Origin: a bacterium
Lineage (GTDB): Bacteria; UBA8248
Reading direction: 5' to 3'
Assembly: GCA_965200245.1 (NCBI GenBank)
Contig: CBDATS010000002.1
Span: 96,001-160,000, forward strand
Length of the DNA: 64,000 nt
This document shows, in pieces, positions 18,111-26,664 of this stretch. Position 1 is the stretch's first letter; every line of letters starts with the position of its first letter. The translations under genes and the position numbers were made by a program. The notes beneath the pieces were generated by a model. The model saw only the letters and a list, made by a program, of their open reading frames with translations, was not told the DNA's origin and ran no database searches.

Positions 18111-19469
18111 ATGAGCGAAAGGAAAGACTTCGGAGCCATACTGGACTATATCGACGCGAACGCGGAGCGTTTCGTGGCCGATTTACAGGAGCTATGTCGC
18201 CAGCCGAGCATCTCCACAACCAACGTCGGAATAAGGGAGATGGCGGCCCTGCTCGAATCCCGCGTGGCGCGCTCAGGCCTTGAGACGACGCTTCACGAGA
18301 CCGGAGGCAACCCGATTCTCACCGCCCATCTCGCGGGCAAGGGCGACAAGACGCTTCTCTTCTACAACCATTACGACGTGCAGCCTGCCGAGCCGCTTTC
18401 TGAATGGAACACCCCGCCCTTCGACGCCCAAGTGGTGGATGGCGCCATCATCGCGCGGGGTGCGACGGACAACAAGGGCAACATCATGAGTCGCCTCGCG
18501 GCGTTCGAGGCGTTTCTCGCGGTGCGGGGAGAACTCCCCTGCACGGTCAAGTACATCATCGAGGGCGAAGAGGAGGTGGGAAGCCCATCACTCGAACCCT
18601 TCGTCATCGAAAATGCGGATTTACTCTCTGCAGACGGCTGCGTATGGGAGGACAACACCACGCGGGTGGACATCCCCGTCCTGTCGCTCGGCAACAAGGG
18701 GCTTTGCTACATGGAACTCACCTGCCGGACGGCGAACGTGGACTTCCACAGTTCGAACGCACAGATATACGAAAACGCCGCCTGGCGGATGACCTGGGCA
18801 CTCTCGACCATGAAGGATCGAGACGAAAACGTGCTCGTGGATGGATTCTATGACGATGTGCTGCCCGTCAATGAAATCGAGGACAGTCTCATACGGCGTA
18901 TCAGGCCCTACAACGGGGCCGAGCGCATCGAGAAGTTCGAACTTCGCAGGTTCCTCCTCGACATGAAAGATGAGGACCTCCCCCGCCGTCACCTCGCGAA
19001 CCCCACCTTCAACATCGCAGGCTTTGACGGTGGCTACACCGGTGATGGGGTGAAAACCATCGTTTCGGCCCGCGCGCGCGCCAAGGTGGACTGCCGCCTC
19101 GTACCGAACCAGGATCCTTTCAGGATTCGCGATTGCGTGCGCGCACACCTTGACAAGCACGGCTTCGGGGATATCGGCGTAGAGCTTCTCTTCACCTCCT
19201 GCCCGGCGAAGAGCGACCCCGAGGCCGATATCGTCAAGGCCTGCAACGCAGCGGCACAGAGGCTCTACAGGCAGGACGCCATCATCAATCCCTTCGGTAA
19301 CGGCAGCACGCCGACCTGGATCGTCTTGAAACATTTGGGCATCCCGCTCTCCTCCACAGGGGTGGGCCGCATCACCTCGCGAACGCACAGCGCGAACGAG
19401 AACCTCAAGATCGAGGACCTGATCGACGGGGCCAAGTGGATGGCCGCTATCTGCGAGGAGTTCAGCTGA
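18111..19469 (+). CDS. M20/M25/M40 family metallo-hydrolase (ArgE/DapE/dipeptidase-like)
   Basis: YNHYDVQP, ARGATDNKG, IEGEEEVGS, HSANE. Confidence 0.92.
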   Translation: MSERKDFGAILDYIDANAERFVADLQELCRQPSISTTNVGIREMAALLESRVARSGLETTLHETGGNPILTAHLAGKGDKTLLFYNHYDVQPAEPLSEWNTPPFDAQVVDGAIIARGATDNKGNIMSRLAAFEAFLAVRGELPCTVKYIIEGEEEVGSPSLEPFVIENADLLSADGCVWEDNTTRVDIPVLSLGNKGLCYMELTCRTANVDFHSSNAQIYENAAWRMTWALSTMKDRDENVLVDGFYDDVLPVNEIEDSLIRRIRPYNGAERIEKFELRRFLLDMKDEDLPRRHLANPTFNIAGFDGGYTGDGVKTIVSARARAKVDCRLVPNQDPFRIRDCVRAHLDKHGFGDIGVELLFTSCPAKSDPEADIVKACNAAAQRLYRQDAIINPFGNGSTPTWIVLKHLGIPLSSTGVGRITSRTHSANENLKIEDLIDGAKWMAAICEEFS

Positions 19470-19544
19470 CAGTAAAGAGTTCATGCGGGCCGCGTTCGCG
19501 CGTCCGTTTTCATTGCGATGGCATCACGCCCACAGGAGAAGAAG

Positions 19545-19940
19545 ATGCATGTTTTCGATCTGGAAAAGGAAAAGGAGTTCAGCAGCGTAAAGCACGTGGA
19601 GAAAATCCTGGGCCGTTTCGAGGAAGGTGACGTGACGGTGGCCTGTTGGGAACCCGGTCAGGTAAGTCCCTACCACTGCCACCCCTACGCGACGGAGATT
19701 TACTTCTGCTACAAGGGCGGCGGCAGAATGAAGACCCCCACCGGCGAGGTCGACGTCATACCCGGCTCTTTCATCGTCCATCCCCCGGGCGAACTTCACG
19801 AGTACACGAACGGCTCGGAACGCACGCTCCTCTACCGGGTGCGCTACGGAGGTGACAAGGTTTCGCGCCACAAGGAATGGCCCACCAACCCGAACTGGAA
19901 AGCCAGGCCCGAGGACGAAGAGTATTTCAAGGGCGAGTAA
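19545..19940 (+). CDS. Cupin domain protein
   Basis: PYHCHPYATEIY and PPGELHEYTN metal-binding motifs; AGGAG RBS. Confidence 0.88.
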   Translation: MHVFDLEKEKEFSSVKHVEKILGRFEEGDVTVACWEPGQVSPYHCHPYATEIYFCYKGGGRMKTPTGEVDVIPGSFIVHPPGELHEYTNGSERTLLYRVRYGGDKVSRHKEWPTNPNWKARPEDEEYFKGE

Positions 19941-20045
19941 GCGTCGGTGAGTTACAGGGGCGGACCTGTGTAGCCGTCTCTACGAAATTACGCCTGAACC
20001 GATACCGAACCCTGAAACGAGAGGCGATGAGCCCCTGGCCGGAGC

Positions 20046-20843
20046 GTGCCCGTGAGCGACACGATGAATTTCGACGCCGGCGCCTCGCGCGGTGCCGAAG
20101 CCATTTACCAGACTCCGGACATGGTGGAGGCTAGACGGCAAACGATAGAAGCTTTGCGTCTCGCACCCGGCGTACGCGTTCTGGACGTGGGTTCGGGCCC
20201 CGGACTATTTGTCGATGAGATAGCGCACATTTGCGGCCCGACGGGTTTTGTGCACGGCGTCGACCTGAGCGAATCGATGAACGAGATCGCCCGGGCGCGC
20301 TGTGCCGATAAACCCTGGGTCGACTTTCAAGTCGCCGACGCCGTATCACTCCCGTTCGAAGACGGGGATTTCGACGCCTGCGTGTGCGTGCAGACGCTCG
20401 AGTTTGTGGCTGACGTGGGCGCGGCCTTGCGCGAGATTCACCGCGTGTTGAAACCCGGCGGACGACTCGTGGCCAGCGACACCGACTGGGGCACCACGAC
20501 GTGGCACTGCAAGAATGCGGCGCTCTGCGAGCGGGTGATGGCTGGTTGGCTGGAAGGCTTCGCCCACCTGAGGCTGCCGCTTACGCTCAGGTCCAGCATC
20601 GAGGCGGCAGGCTTCGTCGGTGCTTCCGTACAGGCGACTCCCATTCTCAACACCGCCTACGGACCCGAGGGCTTCAGCTTTCACCTCATACGAATGATCC
20701 AGGGCGTCGTCCCGGGACGTACCGGCCTCACGCAGGAAGAGGTCGATACCTGGGCGGAAGACATGCGGGAACAAGGCGAGATGGGCGTTTATTTCTTTGC
20801 GCACTACAGGTACATGTTCACGGCAGACAAGTCGGGCCTGTAA
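20046..20843 (+). CDS. Class I SAM-dependent methyltransferase
   Basis: VLDVGSGPG, GVDLS, ADAVSLPFEDGDFD, RVLKPGGR; start could be 20064. Confidence 0.9.
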   Translation: MPVSDTMNFDAGASRGAEAIYQTPDMVEARRQTIEALRLAPGVRVLDVGSGPGLFVDEIAHICGPTGFVHGVDLSESMNEIARARCADKPWVDFQVADAVSLPFEDGDFDACVCVQTLEFVADVGAALREIHRVLKPGGRLVASDTDWGTTTWHCKNAALCERVMAGWLEGFAHLRLPLTLRSSIEAAGFVGASVQATPILNTAYGPEGFSFHLIRMIQGVVPGRTGLTQEEVDTWAEDMREQGEMGVYFFAHYRYMFTADKSGL

Positions 20844-20846
20844 GGG

Positions 20847-21563
20847 TTATCCCTCTTTCGATTTAATCTTCTTGTACACTACGGGGATGAGCGAGAGCAC
20901 GGCGAGTCCCACGAGCGCGATGATGACCTGCGGCGTCAGTATCCCCTTGGCGGAGAACTCACCCCCAGACTCGAATATGCTGCCGAGTCCCGCACCCACC
21001 GAAGCGAAGACGAACGATCCGGGAATGATCCCAAGGAACGTGCCGACAACGTAGACGCTCAAGGACACCCCGAGAAACGCAGGTACGAGGTTCACCACGA
21101 AAAAAGGAAAGATTGGCACCAGTCTCAAGACGAGAAGATAGCTCAACGCGTTTTCCTGAAAACCCTCCTCCATCTTCTGAAGCCAGGGGCCGGCCTTCGC
21201 CCGCAGGGGGTCTCCGAGTGAGGTCTTTGCTGCAATGAAGAGAACTGTCGCACCCACCGTCGCACCCACGACGATGTAGAGCGCACCCCAGATAGCCCCA
21301 AAGAGAAAACCGCCGGTGATGCTCATCACCAGCCCCCCGGGAAGCGAGAATATTGTCACCGCCGCGTAGGCGAGCATGTAGGCGATGACGGCGAGAGTAC
21401 CGTTCGTTTGCACCCAAGTCTTCAGGGCGTCCTGGTTCTCCCGCAAGGTATCGAAAGTGAGGTAGCGACCCAGCCCCGAGTAGAAGAAGGCGACGAGCAC
21501 AATGACGAGGAGCAACGGAATGATGAAATTTTTATACGATAGTTTTTTTCCTGTTTCGCTCAT
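20847..21563 (-). CDS. TVP38/TMEM64 (DedA/VTT domain) membrane protein
   Basis: SLPGG, GGFLFG, GATVGA, LRLVPIFPFFVVN, GTFLGIIPG. Confidence 0.92.
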   Translation of the reverse strand: MSETGKKLSYKNFIIPLLLVIVLVAFFYSGLGRYLTFDTLRENQDALKTWVQTNGTLAVIAYMLAYAAVTIFSLPGGLVMSITGGFLFGAIWGALYIVVGATVGATVLFIAAKTSLGDPLRAKAGPWLQKMEEGFQENALSYLLVLRLVPIFPFFVVNLVPAFLGVSLSVYVVGTFLGIIPGSFVFASVGAGLGSIFESGGEFSAKGILTPQVIIALVGLAVLSLIPVVYKKIKSKEG

Positions 21564-21815
21564 TTTCGGATGACTGCTTTCATATTTTGGGCAGCGATTC
21601 GATAGGAATTTTTATTCCCTTTGGTTAGAAACTCAGCGCGCGCCTGCATGGCAATCCGCTTCTATCACATTTCACTTGCAGGGTGAAATCGGGATTGAAG
21701 TCGAAAATAAGTGCGATTTTCGACCTGATTCGGGGATAATAACTTTCTGCGCAACTGGTGATGAACTGATGTACACACGGCTGAAACCACATCAGACCCT
21801 CGGCATCCCACTTGT

Positions 21816-22850
21816 TCATAGATACCCCCGCACCTCCACCGTTCTGCCCAGACGCGAACTCGCGTCCGCCGCGAAGACCACGGCGAGGTTCTCGTGCGCC
21901 ACGCGGCCGTCCACCTCCGGCCTGCGGTCCTCGCGCACGCAATCGGCGAAGTCCCCGAGCGCGTCTCGGAACATGTCCCCCTCCGGCATGTGGTATACCG
22001 CGTCCTCCCCCAGCGGGTCCCTGTCCACGTGCAGGCGAATCGGTTCCGGCGCCTTCGACGGGTCGCGCCACTGCTGGCCCGTGATCCGGAAGTGCGCCAC
22101 GCCCCCCGTGCCGTGCACGTTCATGTGAAACGCCCAAGGACACGCCCAGCCACCACCCACGTAGGAGAGCACGCCGCTCTCGTGTTCCAGAATCATCATC
22201 GAGGTGTCGTCCACGTCCGCGGTCGCAAAGGCACGCTTCAGTTTCGCCGTCACGCTCCTCACGGGCCCGTACAGGTAGCGGAACGTGTCGATGTGGTGAA
22301 TCGACAGCTGGATCACCACACCCGTAGGGTTGAACTCCCGGCTCGAGCGCCACTTCTCCGGCGTGAGTTCCAGCCCGCGCTCTGTGCAGAAGTTGCTCTC
22401 GCTCATCGAGACCCTGCCGATCTCGCCCGCATCCACGAGTTCCTTCAGGCGTCTCGACACGGCCAGGCGACGGGCACTGTGGCCCACCGCCAGTTTCACG
22501 CCCGCCCCCTCCACCGCATCCACGATCGCACGGGAATCCTCCAGGCTGTGGGCGATGGGCTTCTCGCAATAGACATGCTTGCCCGCGGCGGCCAGGGCCT
22601 CGATGTGTTCCCTGTGGTTGTGGTTCGGCGTCGTCAGGATCACGGCTTCCACCTCATCGTCACGCAGCAGCGCCCCGAGGCTCTCCGCCTCCCGCGTGCC
22701 GTAGCGCTCCATGAAGGCCCGGCGTTTCTCCGCCGTGCGGCTGAAGCACGAAACAAGCCTGATCCTGCCGCCGCGCAGCGCTGCCTCGGCGAGAACGTCG
22801 GCCCAGCGGCCCAGACCCATCGAGGCGACCCGTACCGGTTCGAACGACAT
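21816..22850 (-). CDS. Gfo/Idh/MocA family oxidoreductase
   Basis: GLGRWA, TTPNHNH, GKHVYCEKPIA, IHHID. Confidence 0.92.
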   Translation of the reverse strand: MSFEPVRVASMGLGRWADVLAEAALRGGRIRLVSCFSRTAEKRRAFMERYGTREAESLGALLRDDEVEAVILTTPNHNHREHIEALAAAGKHVYCEKPIAHSLEDSRAIVDAVEGAGVKLAVGHSARRLAVSRRLKELVDAGEIGRVSMSESNFCTERGLELTPEKWRSSREFNPTGVVIQLSIHHIDTFRYLYGPVRSVTAKLKRAFATADVDDTSMMILEHESGVLSYVGGGWACPWAFHMNVHGTGGVAHFRITGQQWRDPSKAPEPIRLHVDRDPLGEDAVYHMPEGDMFRDALGDFADCVREDRRPEVDGRVAHENLAVVFAADASSRLGRTVEVRGYL

Positions 22851-22946
22851 GTCGTCTTCTCCTGTGATTGAATGTCCGAGGATTTACTGAATCCGGTATA
22901 CACCGGGCTACGAAAACCCTAAAAATCCACTTCGTCTCGACCGGTG

Positions 22947-23399
22947 CTAGATGCTCACCTGGAATTTCGGCAGGCGTACACCCGGACCGGTCGGAGACGC
23001 GCTTAATTCCTCGAGTGTGGTTTCGCGCAGTGTCTTGTCGATGGCGTTCTCAAGTTTCTTCCACAAAATGCGGCTCCCGCACAAGGGGATGTTCGGGCAC
23101 GGCACCGAGGGAGGTTCATCGCCACAATTGACGGGCTGAATCGTCTCTCCCACGGCGGAGAGAACGTCATGCATATTGATCTCTGGGGGCGGCAGGGCGA
23201 GGATGTAGCCGCCTCCCGGCCCCCGTGTGCTGCTTACCAGAGAAGCCCTGCGCATCTTTACGAACAATTGCTCCAGATAGTGCTGGCTGATTGCAAGTTT
23301 GCCGGCTATCTGCGGCAGGGGAACGGGGTGCGTTTGCGAATGCCGAGCCAGTTCAATCATGGCAAGCACGGCGTAGCGGCCCTTGGTGGATATCTTCAT
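22947..23399 (-). CDS. Rrf2-family transcriptional regulator, IscR-like with three Cys
   Basis: MKISTKGRYA, YLEQLF, STRGPGGGY, C-x8-C-x5-C (CGDEPPSVPCPNIPLC). Confidence 0.9.
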   Translation of the reverse strand: MKISTKGRYAVLAMIELARHSQTHPVPLPQIAGKLAISQHYLEQLFVKMRRASLVSSTRGPGGGYILALPPPEINMHDVLSAVGETIQPVNCGDEPPSVPCPNIPLCGSRILWKKLENAIDKTLRETTLEELSASPTGPGVRLPKFQVSI

Positions 23400-23433
23400 C
23401 GTTGGCATCCTCTCATTGGGCGTCCGGGTCTCA

Positions 23434-24171
23434 TTACTGAACGAACGCTGCACGCTTTACGGGAATTCCGGTTGCGCGCTTCCTTGCGAGTGCGCAGACC
23501 GGACAATCCGGATCCTGGACGACATGCACACCACCCAAGGAGTTGTTCCAGAATTCGGCTGTCATCAGCTTGTTCAACCAGGCGGGTGTGAGACCCCTGA
23601 GAACCCGGAGAGCGTCAGCGGCCTGCGCCATCCCCACGAAACCGGCTACCGCTCCGAAAACACCCGCATCCCCGCAATCGAGACCACGTGCGTCCGCACC
23701 CTCCTCGCCCACCAGACAGCGCAGGCAAGCACTCTCGCCGGGCAGAATCGTCATCACCTGGCCGAAAAAACGCAAGACGCCTCCCATAACCCATGGCTTG
23801 CCCGTTGCGGCGCAGGCATGGTTCAGGGCGAACTTGGCAGCCAGGTTATCGCTTCCATCGATCACAACATCATATGGTGCGATGATGCGGGCGGCGTTCT
23901 CGCGCGTGATCCTTTGGGGAATCTTGTCCACCCCAACCTCGGCGGATAGCCTGAATATGGAATCGGCGCCGGAGTCCACTTTCAATCGGCCGACATCTTC
24001 TGTTCGGTGGAGAATCTGGCGCGCGAGGTTATCGAGAGTCACGACGTCGTGGTCCGCAAGCCCAATGCGCCCCACTCCTGATGCCGCCAGGGTAAGCGCG
24101 GCAGGACAGCCCAAACCCCCGACTCCGACGATGAGGGCAGATGAACTATCGAGAGTTTTTTCATCTCTCAC
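23434..24171 (-). CDS. MoeB/ThiF-family adenylyltransferase (catalytic motifs intact, lacks N-terminal RYSR segment and rhodanese)
   Basis: GVGGLG, DHD, NLARQ, GRLK, DGSDN, CLRC, DCGDAG, CPVC; GTG start overlaps the JAB gene stop (GTGA). Confidence 0.9.
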   Translation of the reverse strand: MRDEKTLDSSSALIVGVGGLGCPAALTLAASGVGRIGLADHDVVTLDNLARQILHRTEDVGRLKVDSGADSIFRLSAEVGVDKIPQRITRENAARIIAPYDVVIDGSDNLAAKFALNHACAATGKPWVMGGVLRFFGQVMTILPGESACLRCLVGEEGADARGLDCGDAGVFGAVAGFVGMAQAADALRVLRGLTPAWLNKLMTAEFWNNSLGGVHVVQDPDCPVCALARKRATGIPVKRAAFVQ

Positions 24172-24662
24172 GCACCCGCCTCCTCATATATCTCAAGTTC
24201 GCTTTCGATGAACGTCTTTTGCCCCGCGTTCCAGGAGTAAACCTTCTGACCAAGCACCACGCCCTCACGCACACTCATGACGATGTGCTCTGCATCCGGG
24301 AACGCGGGAATGTCCCCGAAAGGAACCGCCGCGTCCTCGTCTTCTTGTGAAAAATAGGCGTCCTCGTCCGGGTGGCTGTGAAAAATGCCGCGAACCACCT
24401 CGCCCGCCTCCTCGGCACGCCTCACGATGCGCTCGAACTCAAAGGGGTCGATGAGAAAAGCGCGCCGCGCCGTACGGGGGTAGAATTCCGGGTCCTTCGC
24501 GTGCATCTCGTTCTGGACGTTCCTGCACGGCAAAAGCTGGAGCGCCTCTGTTTTGTGCCCTTTCGCAGACGGCGGCCCGATAATCAGCCCGCAACACTCA
24601 TCGGGATATGTCTCGCGTGCGTGGCGGTGCATCAGTTCCACCTGTTCACGGTTCAGACGCAA
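24168..24662 (-). CDS. JAB/MPN (M67) metalloprotease, Mec-like
   Basis: YPDECCG and IFHSHPDEDAYFSQED (JAMM E...HSH-x7-S-x2-D). Confidence 0.92.
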   Translation of the reverse strand: MRLNREQVELMHRHARETYPDECCGLIIGPPSAKGHKTEALQLLPCRNVQNEMHAKDPEFYPRTARRAFLIDPFEFERIVRRAEEAGEVVRGIFHSHPDEDAYFSQEDEDAAVPFGDIPAFPDAEHIVMSVREGVVLGQKVYSWNAGQKTFIESELEIYEEAGA

Positions 24663-24674
24663 CTCGATACTCCC

Positions 24675-25613
24675 TTAACGTGCTTCGCTCAGGTACCTGT
24701 CCCCACCGTCGGGGAACAAGGTGACGATCACACCCTTGCCAATTCGCTTCGCCACTTCGCGCACGCCCACGAGTGCGGCACCCGCCGAGTGGCCGATGAA
24801 GAGTCCCTCTTCCCTGACGATACGCTCGGCGAGATCGTAGCTCTCCTCGGTACCCGCCAGTATCAGGTGTTCGTGGACACTCTCATCATAAATTCCCGGT
24901 CGAATGGCCGTGGGAATATGCTTCATGCCTTCCAGGCCGTGAAACGACTCTGCCGGCATGACCGCATGCACCACGACATCCGGCTTCCTCGCCTTGAGGC
25001 CACGTCCCGTGCCTACAAGCGTTCCCGTAGTGCCAAGACCAGCGACGAAATGATCGACGCGCCCACCGGTCTGATCCAGAATCTCGATCGCCGTCGTCTC
25101 GACGTGGGCGAGAGGGTTGGCGGGATTGTCGTATTGACAAGGCAGAAAATATTTCTCCGGCTCCTCGCCATGCATCTTTGCAGCGAGACGCTGCGCGCCG
25201 TCCGATCCTTCCAGGGGATCGGAAAAAACGATGTCGGCCCCGTAGCCCTTGAGCGTCGCCTTGCGCTCGTCACTCGCATTCGCAGGCAGGACAAGGCGCA
25301 CGGGAATCCCGAGCGCTGCTCCAATCATGGCGTAGGCGATGCCCGTGTTCCCGCTCGTGGAATCGAGCAGAACCTTGCCGGGGCGCAACTGTCCCGTTTC
25401 CAGACCGTCTTTCACCATGAAGAGCGCCGGCCTGTCCTTCACCGAGCCGCCCGGGTTGAACCATTCCGCCTTGGCGTAGACTTTCACATCGGGATATTCA
25501 CTCTCGAACAACTTGATCTTGAGCAGCGGAGTGTTGCCGATGCATTTGATGATTGGGGAATCCTCCAGATTCCGGAACGCGCTCGCGGGATTTTCCACCG
25601 TCGATTCGACCAT
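24675..25613 (-). CDS. cysM: Cysteine synthase B-like PLP enzyme
   Basis: IGNTPL, NPGGSVKDR, TSGNTG, QYDNPAN, GLGTTGT, HGLEGMK, DGGDRYLS. Confidence 0.85.
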   Translation of the reverse strand: MVESTVENPASAFRNLEDSPIIKCIGNTPLLKIKLFESEYPDVKVYAKAEWFNPGGSVKDRPALFMVKDGLETGQLRPGKVLLDSTSGNTGIAYAMIGAALGIPVRLVLPANASDERKATLKGYGADIVFSDPLEGSDGAQRLAAKMHGEEPEKYFLPCQYDNPANPLAHVETTAIEILDQTGGRVDHFVAGLGTTGTLVGTGRGLKARKPDVVVHAVMPAESFHGLEGMKHIPTAIRPGIYDESVHEHLILAGTEESYDLAERIVREEGLFIGHSAGAALVGVREVAKRIGKGVIVTLFPDGGDRYLSEAR

Positions 25614-25646
25614 CGATATGGCCCTCGCACTTTGCTCCTGAAAACT

Positions 25647-26297
25647 TCAGGAAAGGTTCGCACGCGCTTCCAGCAAGCCGTGCGAAAAATCGAAACGGGC
25701 CTGAGCGGTCGACCCCACCGTATCCTCAGCATCCAGCAGGCGACGCAGGACCTTCGCAGCCATCCATGCACCCATCGCCCCTTGTGTCGCCACGTTGTGC
25801 GCTCCCCCGTCGCGAGGGGCTCCGCACAATTCCCCCATAGATCCGGTATCCTCTGCGACCTCACCCGTCTCGCCCCGGGAGACGCCCACAAGCGTAATGT
25901 TCGCCGAAGCCGCGAGCCTCTCGAAATCCGCGGACATCCCTTTGCCCAACCAGAGGAGAGCTTCGAAAGCATCTCCCGCTTCCTCGACTGTTCGAAAGGA
26001 AACCAGTCCGGCATCCGGATTGAGACTCCATATGCCATCTTCCAGAGAACAACCCAGAAAGGCGGTGAGTGGAAGGTTTCTTCCAGGTTCGCCTTTCTCG
26101 TTCATCGCAAGCCGACCGATGCGGCCCACTCCTGCAGCGGCCAGATAGATCAGGGCCACAGACGCAGCGTTATCCTCATCTTCCGAATAGGCGACCAGTA
26201 CAGAAGAAGTCAGTAATCGTTCCTGCCCGGCTCCTCCGACACCCGGGAGCAGAACGTGTCGGCTGTAGCGCTGAATCTGCTCTTCGCTCAAGCCCAA
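25647..26297 (-). CDS. Degenerate ThiF/MoeB-like protein (predicted catalytically inactive)
   Basis: Starts LGLSEEQIQRYSRHVLLPGVGGAGQERL, keeps YLAAAGVGRIG and SLNPD, but has no GxGxxG, NLxRQ or CxxC; TTG start at 26297 after AAGGAG. Confidence 0.75.
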   Translation of the reverse strand: MGLSEEQIQRYSRHVLLPGVGGAGQERLLTSSVLVAYSEDEDNAASVALIYLAAAGVGRIGRLAMNEKGEPGRNLPLTAFLGCSLEDGIWSLNPDAGLVSFRTVEEAGDAFEALLWLGKGMSADFERLAASANITLVGVSRGETGEVAEDTGSMGELCGAPRDGGAHNVATQGAMGAWMAAKVLRRLLDAEDTVGSTAQARFDFSHGLLEARANLS

Positions 26298-26331
26298 TGG
26301 GCGATTCTCCTTCCTGTGGTTTTGCGGACGT

Positions 26332-26610
26332 TTAGCGACCACCCGCAATGGCCGGTACAATGGAGACCTCGTCCTGGTCGCTTACCGCAGTTCCCTCGCC
26401 CTGCAGGAACCGGATGTCCTCCTGGTTCACGTAAATGTTCACGAAACGGCGCAGCTTGCCTTCTTCGTCATAGAGGCGCTGGCCAATGCCCGTGAACTGG
26501 CTTTCGAGGTTCGCGAGCACTTCCTTCACGTCTGCGCCCTCGATCTCTACAGCGTCCTGCTGCTGGGTGAATTCTTGCAAGGGTGTGGGAATAAGGACTG
26601 TTACCGCCAT
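26332..26610 (-). CDS. MoaD/ThiS/CysO-family ubiquitin-like sulfur carrier, C-terminus GG-R
   Basis: [37 protein letters not shown]. Confidence 0.92.
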   Translation of the reverse strand: MAVTVLIPTPLQEFTQQQDAVEIEGADVKEVLANLESQFTGIGQRLYDEEGKLRRFVNIYVNQEDIRFLQGEGTAVSDQDEVSIVPAIAGGR

Positions 26611-26627
26611 ATCTCTCTCCTGATCTG

Positions 26628-26646
26628 AAAACCCCGCCTTTCGGGG
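26628..26646 (-). terminator. Possible weak intrinsic terminator between cysK and sulfur carrier gene
   Basis: Minus strand CCCCG-aaagg-CGGGG-TTTT. Confidence 0.45.
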
Positions 26647-26664
26647 ATGCCGAAAATAGAATTT

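Noticed and set aside
24372-26216. 614-aa plus-strand ORF (also 16546-18021, 8371-9447, 2548-3750, 3916-4890 and similar)
   Set aside because: Antisense shadows of well-supported genes in GC-rich DNA; no recognisable motifs.
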